A stretch of DNA of 64,000 bases from Mycobacteriales bacterium. GTDB lineage: Bacteria > Actinomycetota > Actinomycetes > Mycobacteriales > Nakamurellaceae. The notes under the pieces are model-generated. The model searched no databases, was not told where the DNA came from, and worked only from the letters and a program-made list of their open reading frames with translations. The position numbers and the translations under genes are program-made. The number at the start of each line of letters is the position of its first letter. The stretch's first letter is position 1. The stretch lies in the NCBI GenBank assembly GCA_038204125.1, contig JBBRDH010000003.1, positions 7,326 through 71,325 of the forward strand, given 5' to 3'. Positions 10,540 to 20,046 of this stretch are shown here, piece by piece.

Positions 10540-12285
10540 CTACAGAGCCGCGAGCTGCTTGGCCAGCGGATCCAGCCCCATCCCGCCCAGGTTGAGCGCG
10601 GCGGTGTGGAACTTCTTCAGATCGAAGTCCGGGCCCTGCCGGCGGCGGGCGGCCTCCCGGCCGGCCAGCCAGACCCGCTCACCCAGCTTGTAGGACGGCG
10701 CCTGCCCCGGCCAGCCCAGGTACCTGTCGATCTCGTCACGGCAGTGGGCCTCGTCGGTCAGCGTCCTGGTGGTCAGGAACTCCAGGCCCAGATCGGGCGT
10801 CCAGCGTTCGCCTTCGTGGAACCCCGTTCCCGGCGGGATCTTCTCCCCGAGATGCATCCCGATGTCGACGATCACCCTGGCCGCCCGGAACAGTTGCGAG
10901 TCGAGCATTCCCAGAAGGTCGCCCGGATCCTCGAGATACCCGAGCTCCCTGACGAGCCGCTCGGCGTAGAGCGCCCAGCCCTCGGCGTGTCCCGACGTCA
11001 CGGCCAGCAGTCGCTGGAAGTCGTTGAGCCGCTCCCGCGCGAACACCGAAGTGGCAATCTGCAGATGATGGCCAGGCACCCCCTCGTGGTAGACGACGGA
11101 AGTTTCGCGCCAGGTGGAGAACTGCTCCCGGTCCGTCTCCACCGACCACCACATCCGGCCGGGGCGGCTGAAGTCATCGCTCGGGCCGGTGTAGTAGGCA
11201 CCGACCCCCCCACCGGGCGGCGCGATGCGGCATTCGAGAGTGCGGATCGGCTCCGGAATGTCGAAGTGGCTGCGGCCGAGTTCGACGACGGCGCGGTCCG
11301 ACAGGTCCTGCATCCAGCGCTTGAGCCCGTCCTGCCCGTGGACCTGATAGGCGGGATCGGCATCCAGGGCCGCTGCGGCCGCGCGGGCTCCATTGCCCCC
11401 GCCGTGCTTCCCGTTGCCCTGCTTCCGGTTGACCTGTTCCCGATTGACCACTGCGGCCACTTCGGTCATTTCCCGTTCGATGGCAAGGAACTCGGCCCAG
11501 CCCCAGTCGTAGGCCCCACCGAGGTCGACCGTGGCTCCGAGAAAATCGCGGGAGGCGAGAACGTAGCGCTCCAGGCCGACCGCGTCGTTTTCCGGCGCCG
11601 CGGGCGACAGCTCGTCCTCCAGGAACGCCGCAAGGTCGGCGTAGGCGGCGTCCGCGCTGCGAGCTGCCGACCGGAGTTCCTCTGGGCTGGCCGCCGGGCC
11701 CGGCAGGCTCTGCGCCATCCGCCGGAAGAAGCCGTCGTGCTCGGCGGTGCCGGCATATGTGCGGCACTGCTGGGCGCACTTGACCACCTGCCGCACCGCG
11801 GCAACCTGGCCCCGGCCGGCAGCCAACCGCAGGCTCTCCCGGTAGCCGGCAAGCGCTTCGGGCACCGCGCGCATCCGGGCGGCCATCACCGCGACCTGCT
11901 CGGGGGTGTCGGTCGGCATCAGGTCGAAGACCATCCGAACCTCCTGCAGCGGCGACTCGATGACGTTGAGGGCGGCGTGCAGCCAGCCGGAGTGGTAGGT
12001 GTCGGCGGAGACGGCCAACCGCTCGAGGAGTACGGCCTTCGCGACGTCGTCCGACGGCCCGGTCGATGCCGCCCCACGGAGGGCTGTCATCGCCTGCTCG
12101 GCCAGATCGTGCCGTGCGTCGAGACCGGCCGGTGACAGGTCGTCGATCCGGTCGTCGAACCCAGGGATGCCGGCCATCGTGGCCAGCAACGGCGATGCCG
12201 CCGCCAGGTCGGCCACGAATTGGTCGGACAGCGCATCAATGGTGCTGGTTCCGGCTGGGGGCCCTGCCGGTATGTCGTCGGTCAT
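10540..12285 (-). CDS. DUF885 domain protein
   Basis: YHEGVPGHHLQ, AEGWALYAE, PGQAPSYKLG motifs. Confidence 0.9.
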   Translation of the reverse strand: MTDDIPAGPPAGTSTIDALSDQFVADLAAASPLLATMAGIPGFDDRIDDLSPAGLDARHDLAEQAMTALRGAASTGPSDDVAKAVLLERLAVSADTYHSGWLHAALNVIESPLQEVRMVFDLMPTDTPEQVAVMAARMRAVPEALAGYRESLRLAAGRGQVAAVRQVVKCAQQCRTYAGTAEHDGFFRRMAQSLPGPAASPEELRSAARSADAAYADLAAFLEDELSPAAPENDAVGLERYVLASRDFLGATVDLGGAYDWGWAEFLAIEREMTEVAAVVNREQVNRKQGNGKHGGGNGARAAAAALDADPAYQVHGQDGLKRWMQDLSDRAVVELGRSHFDIPEPIRTLECRIAPPGGGVGAYYTGPSDDFSRPGRMWWSVETDREQFSTWRETSVVYHEGVPGHHLQIATSVFARERLNDFQRLLAVTSGHAEGWALYAERLVRELGYLEDPGDLLGMLDSQLFRAARVIVDIGMHLGEKIPPGTGFHEGERWTPDLGLEFLTTRTLTDEAHCRDEIDRYLGWPGQAPSYKLGERVWLAGREAARRRQGPDFDLKKFHTAALNLGGMGLDPLAKQLAAL

Positions 12286-12417
12286 CCGCTGACGATAGGG
12301 CGCCGCTCCCGGCGATCACCAATCCGACGGGTTCGACCGGGTAGACCTTTGGCGGCGCTTCGTCGGGCCCCCGGCCCGGACGCCACTCCTGGAGCGATCG
12401 TCCCGCGGCGGCCCGGC

Positions 12418-12507
12418 TCAGCGCCCCGGGTTGCCCTCGTCCCGCTGCACCTTGCGGCGGGCCAGCTTCGTGACGATCCGGTCGATCAATCGCATGATGG
12501 CGCCCAT
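12418..12507 (-). CDS. Candidate 29-aa basic small protein
   Basis: MGAIMRLIDRIVTKLARRKVQRDEGNPGR with AGGAGA Shine-Dalgarno 5 nt upstream; mostly G/C third positions. Confidence 0.45.
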   Translation of the reverse strand: MGAIMRLIDRIVTKLARRKVQRDEGNPGR

Positions 12508-12670
12508 GTTGACTCTCCTGCCGGTTGGGTGGCCGTTGTTCGGCCGACCGGACCAAGAGTGCCACGGGGCGAGCCGGCCGGGACCCTGACCGGGGCGAGT
12601 TGCCATCGCGCACCTGAACGAGCCGCCGGGCGTCCCCCAGGCGCGGGAAACGCCCCTTCGCGGAGACCCG

Positions 12671-13393
12671 TCAGCCGGACTCGAAGGCGTCACCGCCCGG
12701 CCGGAGGTGGGCCGTGGCGCGGCGGGCGTCGGTCTCCAGGTCGGCAAAGGCGCCCCGGATGGCGTCCAGGGATTCGTTGACCTCGGCAACCGGGTCCGGG
12801 CCGTCGATGGGGGGCAGATCCGCCGTGGTCGACAGTTCCAGCAGCTTGGTATAAAGCTCGCCGACCCCGTCGACCCCGGCAGTCAGCTTGTCGAGCAGCT
12901 GCTGACGCCTGGCTACCATCCTTTCCACCGGTCCGGCGACGCGCTCGACCGACGACATCTGCCGCACAACCTCCCCGGCCCGCCCCAAGGCTCCATCGAG
13001 AGAGTCGATGGCCAGCGCGACCTCGGTAGCAGAGGTCTTGGCGGTTTCGCCGGCTGCCACCGCGGATGACGCCTGTGACGCCAAGGCTGACCCGAGCCGC
13101 TGCTTGTTCAGGCTCGAAAGGTCTGCGCAATACGATCTCAGCGTCTCGACCAGCCGATACTGCTCGGTGCCCTGGCGGAGCATTCGCAGGTTCGAATCCT
13201 GGTCCACGACTGCCTGCCCATGAATCATGGATCCCACCCCTGCGGCGACGGCCAACATTCCGACACCGACGCCGCCGATGCCGACCAGCGGCAGCCCGAC
13301 TGCCCACGCGGATCCGGCGCCGACCGCCGCTGCCAGCAGGCCCCAGGGGTCGCGGAGTGCCTGCGCGGCACGGCGCATCCGGGACTCGACCAT
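12671..13393 (-). CDS. Hypothetical membrane protein (N-terminal TM hairpin plus helical region)
   Basis: LRDPWGLLAAAVGAGSAWAVG TM segment then long helical region; downstream of SBP-vWA gene, same strand. Confidence 0.7.
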   Translation of the reverse strand: MVESRMRRAAQALRDPWGLLAAAVGAGSAWAVGLPLVGIGGVGVGMLAVAAGVGSMIHGQAVVDQDSNLRMLRQGTEQYRLVETLRSYCADLSSLNKQRLGSALASQASSAVAAGETAKTSATEVALAIDSLDGALGRAGEVVRQMSSVERVAGPVERMVARRQQLLDKLTAGVDGVGELYTKLLELSTTADLPPIDGPDPVAEVNESLDAIRGAFADLETDARRATAHLRPGGDAFESG

Positions 13394-13511
13394 CGATGTC
13401 TCTCTCGTTTTCGACTTCCGGGGACCTCCGGAAGGTCCATTCGACAGGTCCGGCGGCGACCGGGTGTGGAACCGACCTCGACCGCCCACCGAGACGACGC
13501 AAGCGCGTGGG

Positions 13512-15353
13512 TCAGAAATTGCTCAGCACGTCGCTGAACACCTTGGTGATGTTCTCCGGCTTGCGGGCATCGTAGGCCGCGGCCCGCGACGCCTCGGAAA
13601 TCTGTTGCAGTGTGCCCAGGTCCGCCCCCTCGCCGTAGGCGATGGAGAACACCCGGACCCCGTTCTCCAGGCCGCTGTCCTTCAGATTCTTGACCAGGGA
13701 CGCAAGGTCGGCGTCGGGCGGGTATTCATTCTTCCCGTCGGTCATCAGCACCACGGCGTTGATCACGTTCGGGTCGTTGCTCGCGTTCATGAACGCGGCG
13801 GCCGCCCGGGTCACCGCGTAGAGGGGCGTGCCGTTCTCCGGGGTCAGCTTGGCGATGGCCGAGGTGATCGCTGCCTTGTCGGCCTTCAACGGTGCGATCG
13901 GCACCAACTCGGTGTGGATCTTCGCCGGGTTCTCGGTATCGGTGGTGAACGACCACAAGCCCACCTGGTCGGTGTCGGCGAGCTGGCCGAGGCCCTCGGT
14001 GGCGGCCTGTTTGGCCAGCTCCAGCCTGGTCTTGCCACTCCCGCCGGCATCGGACTGCATGGAACCGCTCACGTCGAGAACGACCAGCACCCTGGCCCGT
14101 TTGCGCAGTTCCGACCAGAGTGCGCGGACCCCGTTCAACACGGCAGGAGCCGGCGGGTCGAGGGCGATCGTCACGCCGTCGGCTTTGACGAAGGTGCTCT
14201 TGGTGATCGGGGCGCCCGCCTTCTGGTCGAAGGTGCGGAAGTTGGCGTCGGTGAACAGCTTCTGCTGCTCCGGCGCGCGCAGATAGGTGAGGAAATCGGC
14301 CGCGCCGGCCTTCTTCTCCGCAGTGGACCAGGGAGCGTTCAGCACGACGTACGGGCTGTCGCTGTAGAGCGTGCCCTCCTTCGGGTAGATCGCGACCAGC
14401 GGAACCTTTGGCGGTGCGTGCGTGCCCAGGGTGGCCGGGTCGCCGCTGGGGTTGCCGGCGTTGTAGTCGAGGACGGATTTCTCTTCTACCGAGACCGCGG
14501 ACAGGTAGCTCAGGGCCGCCCCGCCGTCGTCGGCCCGCTGCAGGTTCGACAGGTACGTCAGCGTCGTGTCGCCGTAGTGAACCACCGAGTGCTCCACCGC
14601 CGCGGCGTAGTCGCGGACCTTCGGGTTCTTCAGGTCGGCGGCGGTCAGATCGGAGGACTTGCCGGTGGCCGCGACCAGCGCGCCCACGGTGGCGGCAAGA
14701 CCGGAGGTGGAGATGGTGGGGTTCGTCTTGCCCAACTTGAACGCGCCCCACTCCGGGTGACCCTTCGACGCCCAGCCACCCGGGGCCTTGACCAACCCCA
14801 GCACGTCCGCCCAGCCGAGCACCACCTTCGGCCAACCGAGCGCCCTGGCCATCGGCTCCGGCATCGCGAGCACCAACGGCGTCGAGGTCACCGACTGGCT
14901 TTCGGCCGGCAGGATGTCCGGTCGGTCCTTCGCGGTGAGATCGGCCCGGAGCAGACCGAGCCAGGTGGAGGCCGCCGGAGACCACACGTCGGGTGCCGGC
15001 CCGGAAACGTCCGGGTCCCAACCGGCGGCCAGGTTCTTCTCACCGGTGCCCGAGGCCAGGGTGGTCACCGTGAAGTCGTAGCAGGCACCGTTGACCTTCC
15101 GATCCGAGGCGCTGTACGCGGCGGCGATCTTCCGCAGCAGAGCCGCCTTCTCACTGGAGGCGGCAAGCGTGACTACCGCGCAACCGGCCCTGGTGGGCGG
15201 GGACCCAGCGGTTGCGCCGACAGTCGAAGAGGAGGTTGCAATCGATCCGCCCGCCGGGCTACTCCCACGGGTGCTGACATACCGGATTCCGGCGATCAGC
15301 AGCACGCCGGCGATCACCGCCGCGATCAGCGGGACCTTGCTCTTACCGGCCAT
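13512..15353 (-). CDS. Substrate-binding and vWA domain protein
   Basis: N-terminal TM, PDVWSPAAS / STPLVLAMP SBP motifs, C-terminal MIDAS VLDVSGSM, GTPLY, VVLMTDGKN. Confidence 0.9.
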   Translation of the reverse strand: MAGKSKVPLIAAVIAGVLLIAGIRYVSTRGSSPAGGSIATSSSTVGATAGSPPTRAGCAVVTLAASSEKAALLRKIAAAYSASDRKVNGACYDFTVTTLASGTGEKNLAAGWDPDVSGPAPDVWSPAASTWLGLLRADLTAKDRPDILPAESQSVTSTPLVLAMPEPMARALGWPKVVLGWADVLGLVKAPGGWASKGHPEWGAFKLGKTNPTISTSGLAATVGALVAATGKSSDLTAADLKNPKVRDYAAAVEHSVVHYGDTTLTYLSNLQRADDGGAALSYLSAVSVEEKSVLDYNAGNPSGDPATLGTHAPPKVPLVAIYPKEGTLYSDSPYVVLNAPWSTAEKKAGAADFLTYLRAPEQQKLFTDANFRTFDQKAGAPITKSTFVKADGVTIALDPPAPAVLNGVRALWSELRKRARVLVVLDVSGSMQSDAGGSGKTRLELAKQAATEGLGQLADTDQVGLWSFTTDTENPAKIHTELVPIAPLKADKAAITSAIAKLTPENGTPLYAVTRAAAAFMNASNDPNVINAVVLMTDGKNEYPPDADLASLVKNLKDSGLENGVRVFSIAYGEGADLGTLQQISEASRAAAYDARKPENITKVFSDVLSNF

Positions 15354-15390
15354 CCCCGTCCCCTCACCCGATCGGTCGTCCTGGGCGAAA

Positions 15391-15430
15391 CATACCGAAC
15401 CGCCGGGTCGCCGGTCGGCGGTTCGGTATG
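15391..15430 (-). terminator. Intrinsic terminator of nrdJ
   Basis: Perfect 15-bp stem CATACCGAACCGCCG, 10-nt loop, followed by TTT on minus strand, 24 nt after nrdJ stop. Confidence 0.8.
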
Positions 15431-15454
15431 TCCGAGTTCTGGGGCAGCTACCGG

Positions 15455-18400
15455 TCAGCTGCAGCCGGAGGTGGAACCACATCCTTCGCAGACGTAGCAG
15501 GCTCCCGACGGGCGCATCTTGGTGCCGCAGGTGAAGCACAGTGGAGCGTCGGCGGATTTGCCGATCACCATTTCCAACAGTTCGGTGGACGAGCCCGCCT
15601 TCCGGCCGGCGAGGCCGACCGGCGGCGCGGCCTTCGGGCCGGACTCGACAGCCGAAACAACGGCCGGGCGGGCTTCGACGGTGGATCGCATCTCCTCCAC
15701 AAGGTCGTCGGTCTCGCCGGAGTCGAAGGGGCCGTAGGAGGTAGCGACCTGAGCGGTGCGTTCCTCTGCAGAGAAAATCCCCAGTTCCGCCCGCGCGTCG
15801 ACCGGCAGGTAGTCCAGAGCGATCCGCCGGAACAGGTAGTCCATCACCGAGGTGGCGATCCGGACGTCGGGGTCGTCGGTCATACCCGCCGGCTCGAACC
15901 GCAAATTGGTGAACTTCGCGACGTAGGACTCCAGCGGAATGCCGTACTGCAGACCCACCGACACAGCGATGGAGAAGGCGTCCATCACACCGGCCAGCGT
16001 CGAGCCCTGCTTACCCAGTTTGATGAAGACCTCGCCCAGCCCGTCGTCCGGGTAGGAGCCGGTGGTCAGGTAACCCTCTGCGCCGCCGACCGTGAAGGAG
16101 ACGGTCTGCGACGGCCGCTTCTTCGGCAGCCGCCGGCGGACCGGCCGGTGCGACTCCGGCGCCGGTACGGCTGCCCCGGCCTTTGGGTCGCTCTTGTTGT
16201 TCTTCGAGGCGGACAGCGGTTGGCCGACCTTGCAGTTGTCGCGGTAGATCGCCAGCGCCTTCAGGCCCATCTTCCAACCCTGGAGGTAGATCTCCGCGAC
16301 GTCGTCGACCGTCGCCTCCTCTGGCATGTTGACCGTCTTGGAGATCGCCCCGGAGATGAACGGCTGGACGGCCGCCATCATCCGCACGTGACCCATCGGC
16401 GCGATGGACCGCTCGCCCATCGCGCAGTCGAACACCGAATAGTGGGTGTTCTTCAGTCCGGGAGCGTCGACCACATGGCCGTGCTCGGCGATGAATTCGA
16501 CGATTGCCTCGACCTGCTCCACCTGGTAGCCCAGCGAGGAGAGCGCCCGCGGCACGGTCTGGTTGACGATCTGCATCGAGCCCCCGCCGACCAGCTTCTT
16601 GAACTTCACCAGCGCCAGGTCGGGCTCGATGCCGGTGGTGTCGCAGTCCATCATCAGGCCGATGGTCCCGGTCGGCGCAAGCACGGAGGCCTGGGCGTTC
16701 CGGTAGCCGTTCCGCTCGCCGGTGGCCAGGGTCTGCGCCCAGGTCTGGGTGGCCAGCTTCAGCGTGGTCGCGTCGTTGCCGCCGTAGGTGCGGATCTCAT
16801 CGTTTGCCGCCGCGTGCTTGCGGATCACCCGCTTGTGGGCGTCGGCGTTGCGCGCGTAGCCGTCGTACGGTCCGACGACGGCCGCCAGTTCGGCCGAACG
16901 GCGGTAGGCGACACCCGTCATCAGCGAGGTGATCGACGCGGCCAGCGCCCGGCCGCCGGGTGAGTCGTAGGCATGGCCGGTGGCCATCAGCAACGCACCG
17001 AGGTTGGCGTAGCCGATCCCCAGCTGACGGAAGGCCCTGGTGGTCTCGGCGATCGGCTGGGTCGGAAAGTCGGCGAAGCAGATGGAGATGTCCATCGCGG
17101 TGATGACGAACTCGACAGCCCTGGCGAAGGTTTCGGCGGCGAAAACGCCGTCGTCGGAGAGAAACTTCATCAGGTTCAGCGATGCCAGGTTGCAGGAGGA
17201 GTTGTCCAGGTGCATGTACTCGCTGCACGGGTTGGAGGCGTTGATCCGGCCGGATTCGGGACAGGTGTGCCAGTCGTTGATGATGTCGTCGTACTGGATA
17301 CCAGGGTCGGCGCAACCCCACGCCGCCGTGTTGATCTTGGTGAACAGCTCCCTGGCGTCGACCGTTTCGATGACCTCACCGGTCTGCCGGGCGCGCAGGC
17401 CGAACTCGGAGCCCGACTCGACCGCCCGCATGAAATCGTCGGACACCCGCACCGAGTTGTTCGCGTTCTGGTACTGCACGGAGACGATGTCCTCGCCGCC
17501 GAGGTCCATGTCGAATCCGGCGTCGCGCAACGCCCGGATCTTGTTCTCCTCCTTGGCTTTGGTTTCGACGAATTCGACGATGTCGGGGTGGTCCACGTCC
17601 AGTACGACCATCTTGGCTGCCCGCCGGGTCGCCCCACCGGATTTGATGGTGCCCGCGGAGGCGTCCGCCCCGCGCATGAAGGAGACCGGCCCTGAGGCAG
17701 TGCCGCCGGACGAGAGCAGCTCCTTCGACGACCGGATCCGGGACAGGTTCAACCCCGCCCCCGAGCCGCCCTTGAAGATCAACCCCTCTTCCCGGTACCA
17801 GTTCAGGATGGCGTCCATGGTGTCGTCCACAGAAAGGATGAAACAGGCCGAGACCTGTTGCGGCGACGCTGTTCCCACGTTGAACCAGACCGGCGAGTTG
17901 AACGAGAACACCTGATGCAGCAGCATCCAGGTCAGCTCGTTGGAGAAGATCTCCTCGTCCGCATCGCCGGCGAAGTAGCCATTGGCCCGCCCGGCGCGGG
18001 TGTATGCGGTCACCACCCGGTCGATGATCTGCCGGAGGCTGGACTCGCGCTGCGGGCTGCCGACGGCGCCGCGGAAGTACTTGCTGGTGACAATGTTGGT
18101 GGCGTTGATCGACCAGGTCGATGGAAACTCCACCCCGCGCTGCTCGAAGTTGACGGTGCCGTCCCGCCAGTTGGTCATCACCACATCCCGCCGCTCCCAG
18201 CTCACCTCGTCGTACGGGTGGACGCCCTGGGTGGTGAAGAGCCGCTCCAGCCGAAGACCGCCCGGCCCGTTGGATCCGGCGTCACCGACCTGTTCGCCGT
18301 GCCCGTCGCCTTGTGTCCGCAAAGATCCGGACGATGCGGGTCCGGACGACGCGGGTCCGGACGACGCGGGTCCTGATGAGGTGCCGAGGGTCTCGGTCAT
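15455..18400 (-). CDS. nrdJ: Class II vitamin B12-dependent ribonucleotide reductase
   Basis: FNSPVWFN, QVSACFIL, ASNPCSEY, APTGT, ISKTVN, C-terminal CFTCG..CYVCEGCG; no intein evident. Confidence 0.97.
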   Translation of the reverse strand: MTETLGTSSGPASSGPASSGPASSGSLRTQGDGHGEQVGDAGSNGPGGLRLERLFTTQGVHPYDEVSWERRDVVMTNWRDGTVNFEQRGVEFPSTWSINATNIVTSKYFRGAVGSPQRESSLRQIIDRVVTAYTRAGRANGYFAGDADEEIFSNELTWMLLHQVFSFNSPVWFNVGTASPQQVSACFILSVDDTMDAILNWYREEGLIFKGGSGAGLNLSRIRSSKELLSSGGTASGPVSFMRGADASAGTIKSGGATRRAAKMVVLDVDHPDIVEFVETKAKEENKIRALRDAGFDMDLGGEDIVSVQYQNANNSVRVSDDFMRAVESGSEFGLRARQTGEVIETVDARELFTKINTAAWGCADPGIQYDDIINDWHTCPESGRINASNPCSEYMHLDNSSCNLASLNLMKFLSDDGVFAAETFARAVEFVITAMDISICFADFPTQPIAETTRAFRQLGIGYANLGALLMATGHAYDSPGGRALAASITSLMTGVAYRRSAELAAVVGPYDGYARNADAHKRVIRKHAAANDEIRTYGGNDATTLKLATQTWAQTLATGERNGYRNAQASVLAPTGTIGLMMDCDTTGIEPDLALVKFKKLVGGGSMQIVNQTVPRALSSLGYQVEQVEAIVEFIAEHGHVVDAPGLKNTHYSVFDCAMGERSIAPMGHVRMMAAVQPFISGAISKTVNMPEEATVDDVAEIYLQGWKMGLKALAIYRDNCKVGQPLSASKNNKSDPKAGAAVPAPESHRPVRRRLPKKRPSQTVSFTVGGAEGYLTTGSYPDDGLGEVFIKLGKQGSTLAGVMDAFSIAVSVGLQYGIPLESYVAKFTNLRFEPAGMTDDPDVRIATSVMDYLFRRIALDYLPVDARAELGIFSAEERTAQVATSYGPFDSGETDDLVEEMRSTVEARPAVVSAVESGPKAAPPVGLAGRKAGSSTELLEMVIGKSADAPLCFTCGTKMRPSGACYVCEGCGSTSGCS

Positions 18401-18496
18401 GAATCGGTTCCTTCCCTGTACAGGCGGTCGACCCGGTGATGGCCGAACAACCTGAACGGTGACGAGTAGTGGGCGGGACTTCGCTGGTAGGTCTGG

Positions 18497-18524
18497 CTGG
18501 GTAGGTATGACTGGGTAGGTATGA
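18497..18524. repeat. 14-bp direct repeat x2 (CTGGGTAGGTATGA)
   Basis: Read directly; resembles units of the 36737-36876 array. Confidence 0.85.
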
Positions 18525-18648
18525 CTGGCGAGCGGGGTTTTGACTCCGCGATCGGCCGGTTCGCTTTCACGTGCGGGTTTGGAGATGTCGCCAGGAAGGT
18601 TGTGCTTCAGCGCGGCCTGACGGTCGATCCGCGGGATGGCCTGTCCGG

Positions 18649-19215
18649 TCAGGTCGGCAGTGCTCCGAGGGGTTCGACGCCACGGTCGAGCGGAGGTCCT
18701 TTCGCTACGCCGCCGTCCGTTACCCTGCTGACAGTCGCTGCGCTGACCGTCGCACGATCCCCGGCGTCCGCTGGCTCCGCGCGTAACAACTCGATCTCGG
18801 CGGCGAAGTCCGCCGCCGACTCGAAGGACCGGTACACCGAGGCGAATCTCAGATAGGCCACCTCGTCCAGGGCCCTGAGTGGACCGAGGATCGCCAGCCC
18901 GATCTGCTGACTCGGAACTTCAGCGGCGCCGGTGGCCCGAACCGACTCCTCCACCTGCTGGGCGAGCAAAGCCAGTGCGTCCTCGGAGACGGGCCTGCCC
19001 TGGCACGCCCGACGCACCCCGTCCACTACCTTCGACCGGCTGAACGGTTCGGTGACGCCGCTACGTTTGACAACCGCCAACAACGCTTCCTCTACGGTGG
19101 TAAACCGCCTCGCACATTCCGGACAGGTCCGGCGACGGCGGATGAGCTGCCCGTCCTCCACCTCCCGACTGTCCAGCACCCGGGAATCGGGATAGCGACA
19201 GAACGGACACCTCAT
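18649..19215 (-). CDS. nrdR: Transcriptional repressor NrdR
   Basis: [30 protein letters not shown] cone, [10 protein letters not shown]. Confidence 0.97.
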   Translation of the reverse strand: MRCPFCRYPDSRVLDSREVEDGQLIRRRRTCPECARRFTTVEEALLAVVKRSGVTEPFSRSKVVDGVRRACQGRPVSEDALALLAQQVEESVRATGAAEVPSQQIGLAILGPLRALDEVAYLRFASVYRSFESAADFAAEIELLRAEPADAGDRATVSAATVSRVTDGGVAKGPPLDRGVEPLGALPT

Positions 19216-19381
19216 CTGTGCTCCCCCATCCCGCTCGCTCCCCCGGACTGCTGTCCCGCTGTCGAGCTGCCAGCTGCTACCCGCGGCCAAGTTTGTGGGT
19301 AGTGCGTGCACCGTTGGTGCACAACGCCCGATTGGTGTGGCACAACCTGGGTGATCGTGTGGAAGACATGTTCACTGGTTC

Positions 19382-19429
19382 ACCACCACCTGTGGATAGC
19401 TTACATCTCTGTAACTACTAGATGTAGGG
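19382..19429. promoter_or_regulatory. Tandem NrdR boxes
   Basis: ACCACCACCTGTGGAT (19382) and ACTACTAGATGTAGGG (19414), 32 bp apart, upstream of nrdR-nrdJ. Confidence 0.7.
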
Positions 19430-19665
19430 CCTGACGGTAGAGGCCCTCTGCATGCGCACGCAACCTCCGTGCGGCGTGTCGCCCGGTTTTATCGAAGCTC
19501 GGCAGTTCGCAGACGCAGTCGGGCGACGCCGGCAGGCTCCCAACCTTCGATTGCGCCTGGCTGCCGAGCCGGTGCATCGGACGACGGCGCCGGTGGCGTC
19601 CGCCGACGGGTGCCGGCTCGGGCACACCAGGTGGATACGCCGACCCGCACGTCGGAGGGCCGACT

Positions 19666-19725
19666 GCGCGGACCAAAATGGGTCCTTGGGGCCTGTGCGA
19701 CAGGCGGGCCCTACTTCGTCCGCGC
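19666..19725. repeat. REP-like imperfect palindrome, copy 2
   Basis: GCGCGGACCAAAATGGGTCC...GGGCCCTACTTCGTCCGCGC. Confidence 0.8.
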
Positions 19726-19809
19726 CGCGCCCAGGGTTCGCGACAGCCCCTCTGCCGCAGCCCGGCCTCGGTGGGGTGGAGGGGCTGTCCGCGCGGACAA
19801 CGCTCGGCT

Positions 19810-19870
19810 GCGCGAACCAAATGGGACCGTTTGGTGCCGGTGCGACAGGTGGGTCCTACTTCGTCCGCGC
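19810..19870. repeat. REP-like imperfect palindrome, copy 3
   Basis: GCGCGAACCAAATGGGACC...GGGTCCTACTTCGTCCGCGC. Confidence 0.8.
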
Positions 19871-20046
19871 CGCACCGCCGAATCCCCGACATCCGCCTCG
19901 GCCCCGCCCCCCGGCACCCGTCGGGCCAGCGCGGACTTGCAGGTAACAGGCCCGCCCGACCAGGACTCGCAGGCGCCCGGTTCACGTCGGCCGCAACCTG
20001 CGTTGTTCGGGGGCGACCAGTTGGCGTTCGCCGGGGCGGCCGCCGC

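Noticed and set aside
13227-15497. 756-aa plus-strand ORF
   Set aside because: Antisense shadow of the SBP-vWA gene
15455-18400. Intein or intron in nrdJ (also checked recA)
   Set aside because: Normal lengths, uninterrupted motifs, no splice-junction signatures
18401-18648. Cobalamin riboswitch ahead of nrdJ
   Set aside because: No recognisable B12-box core
19440-20046. Protein-coding gene between nrdR and LysM
   Set aside because: ORFs run through REP-like repeats and lack codon bias or motifs
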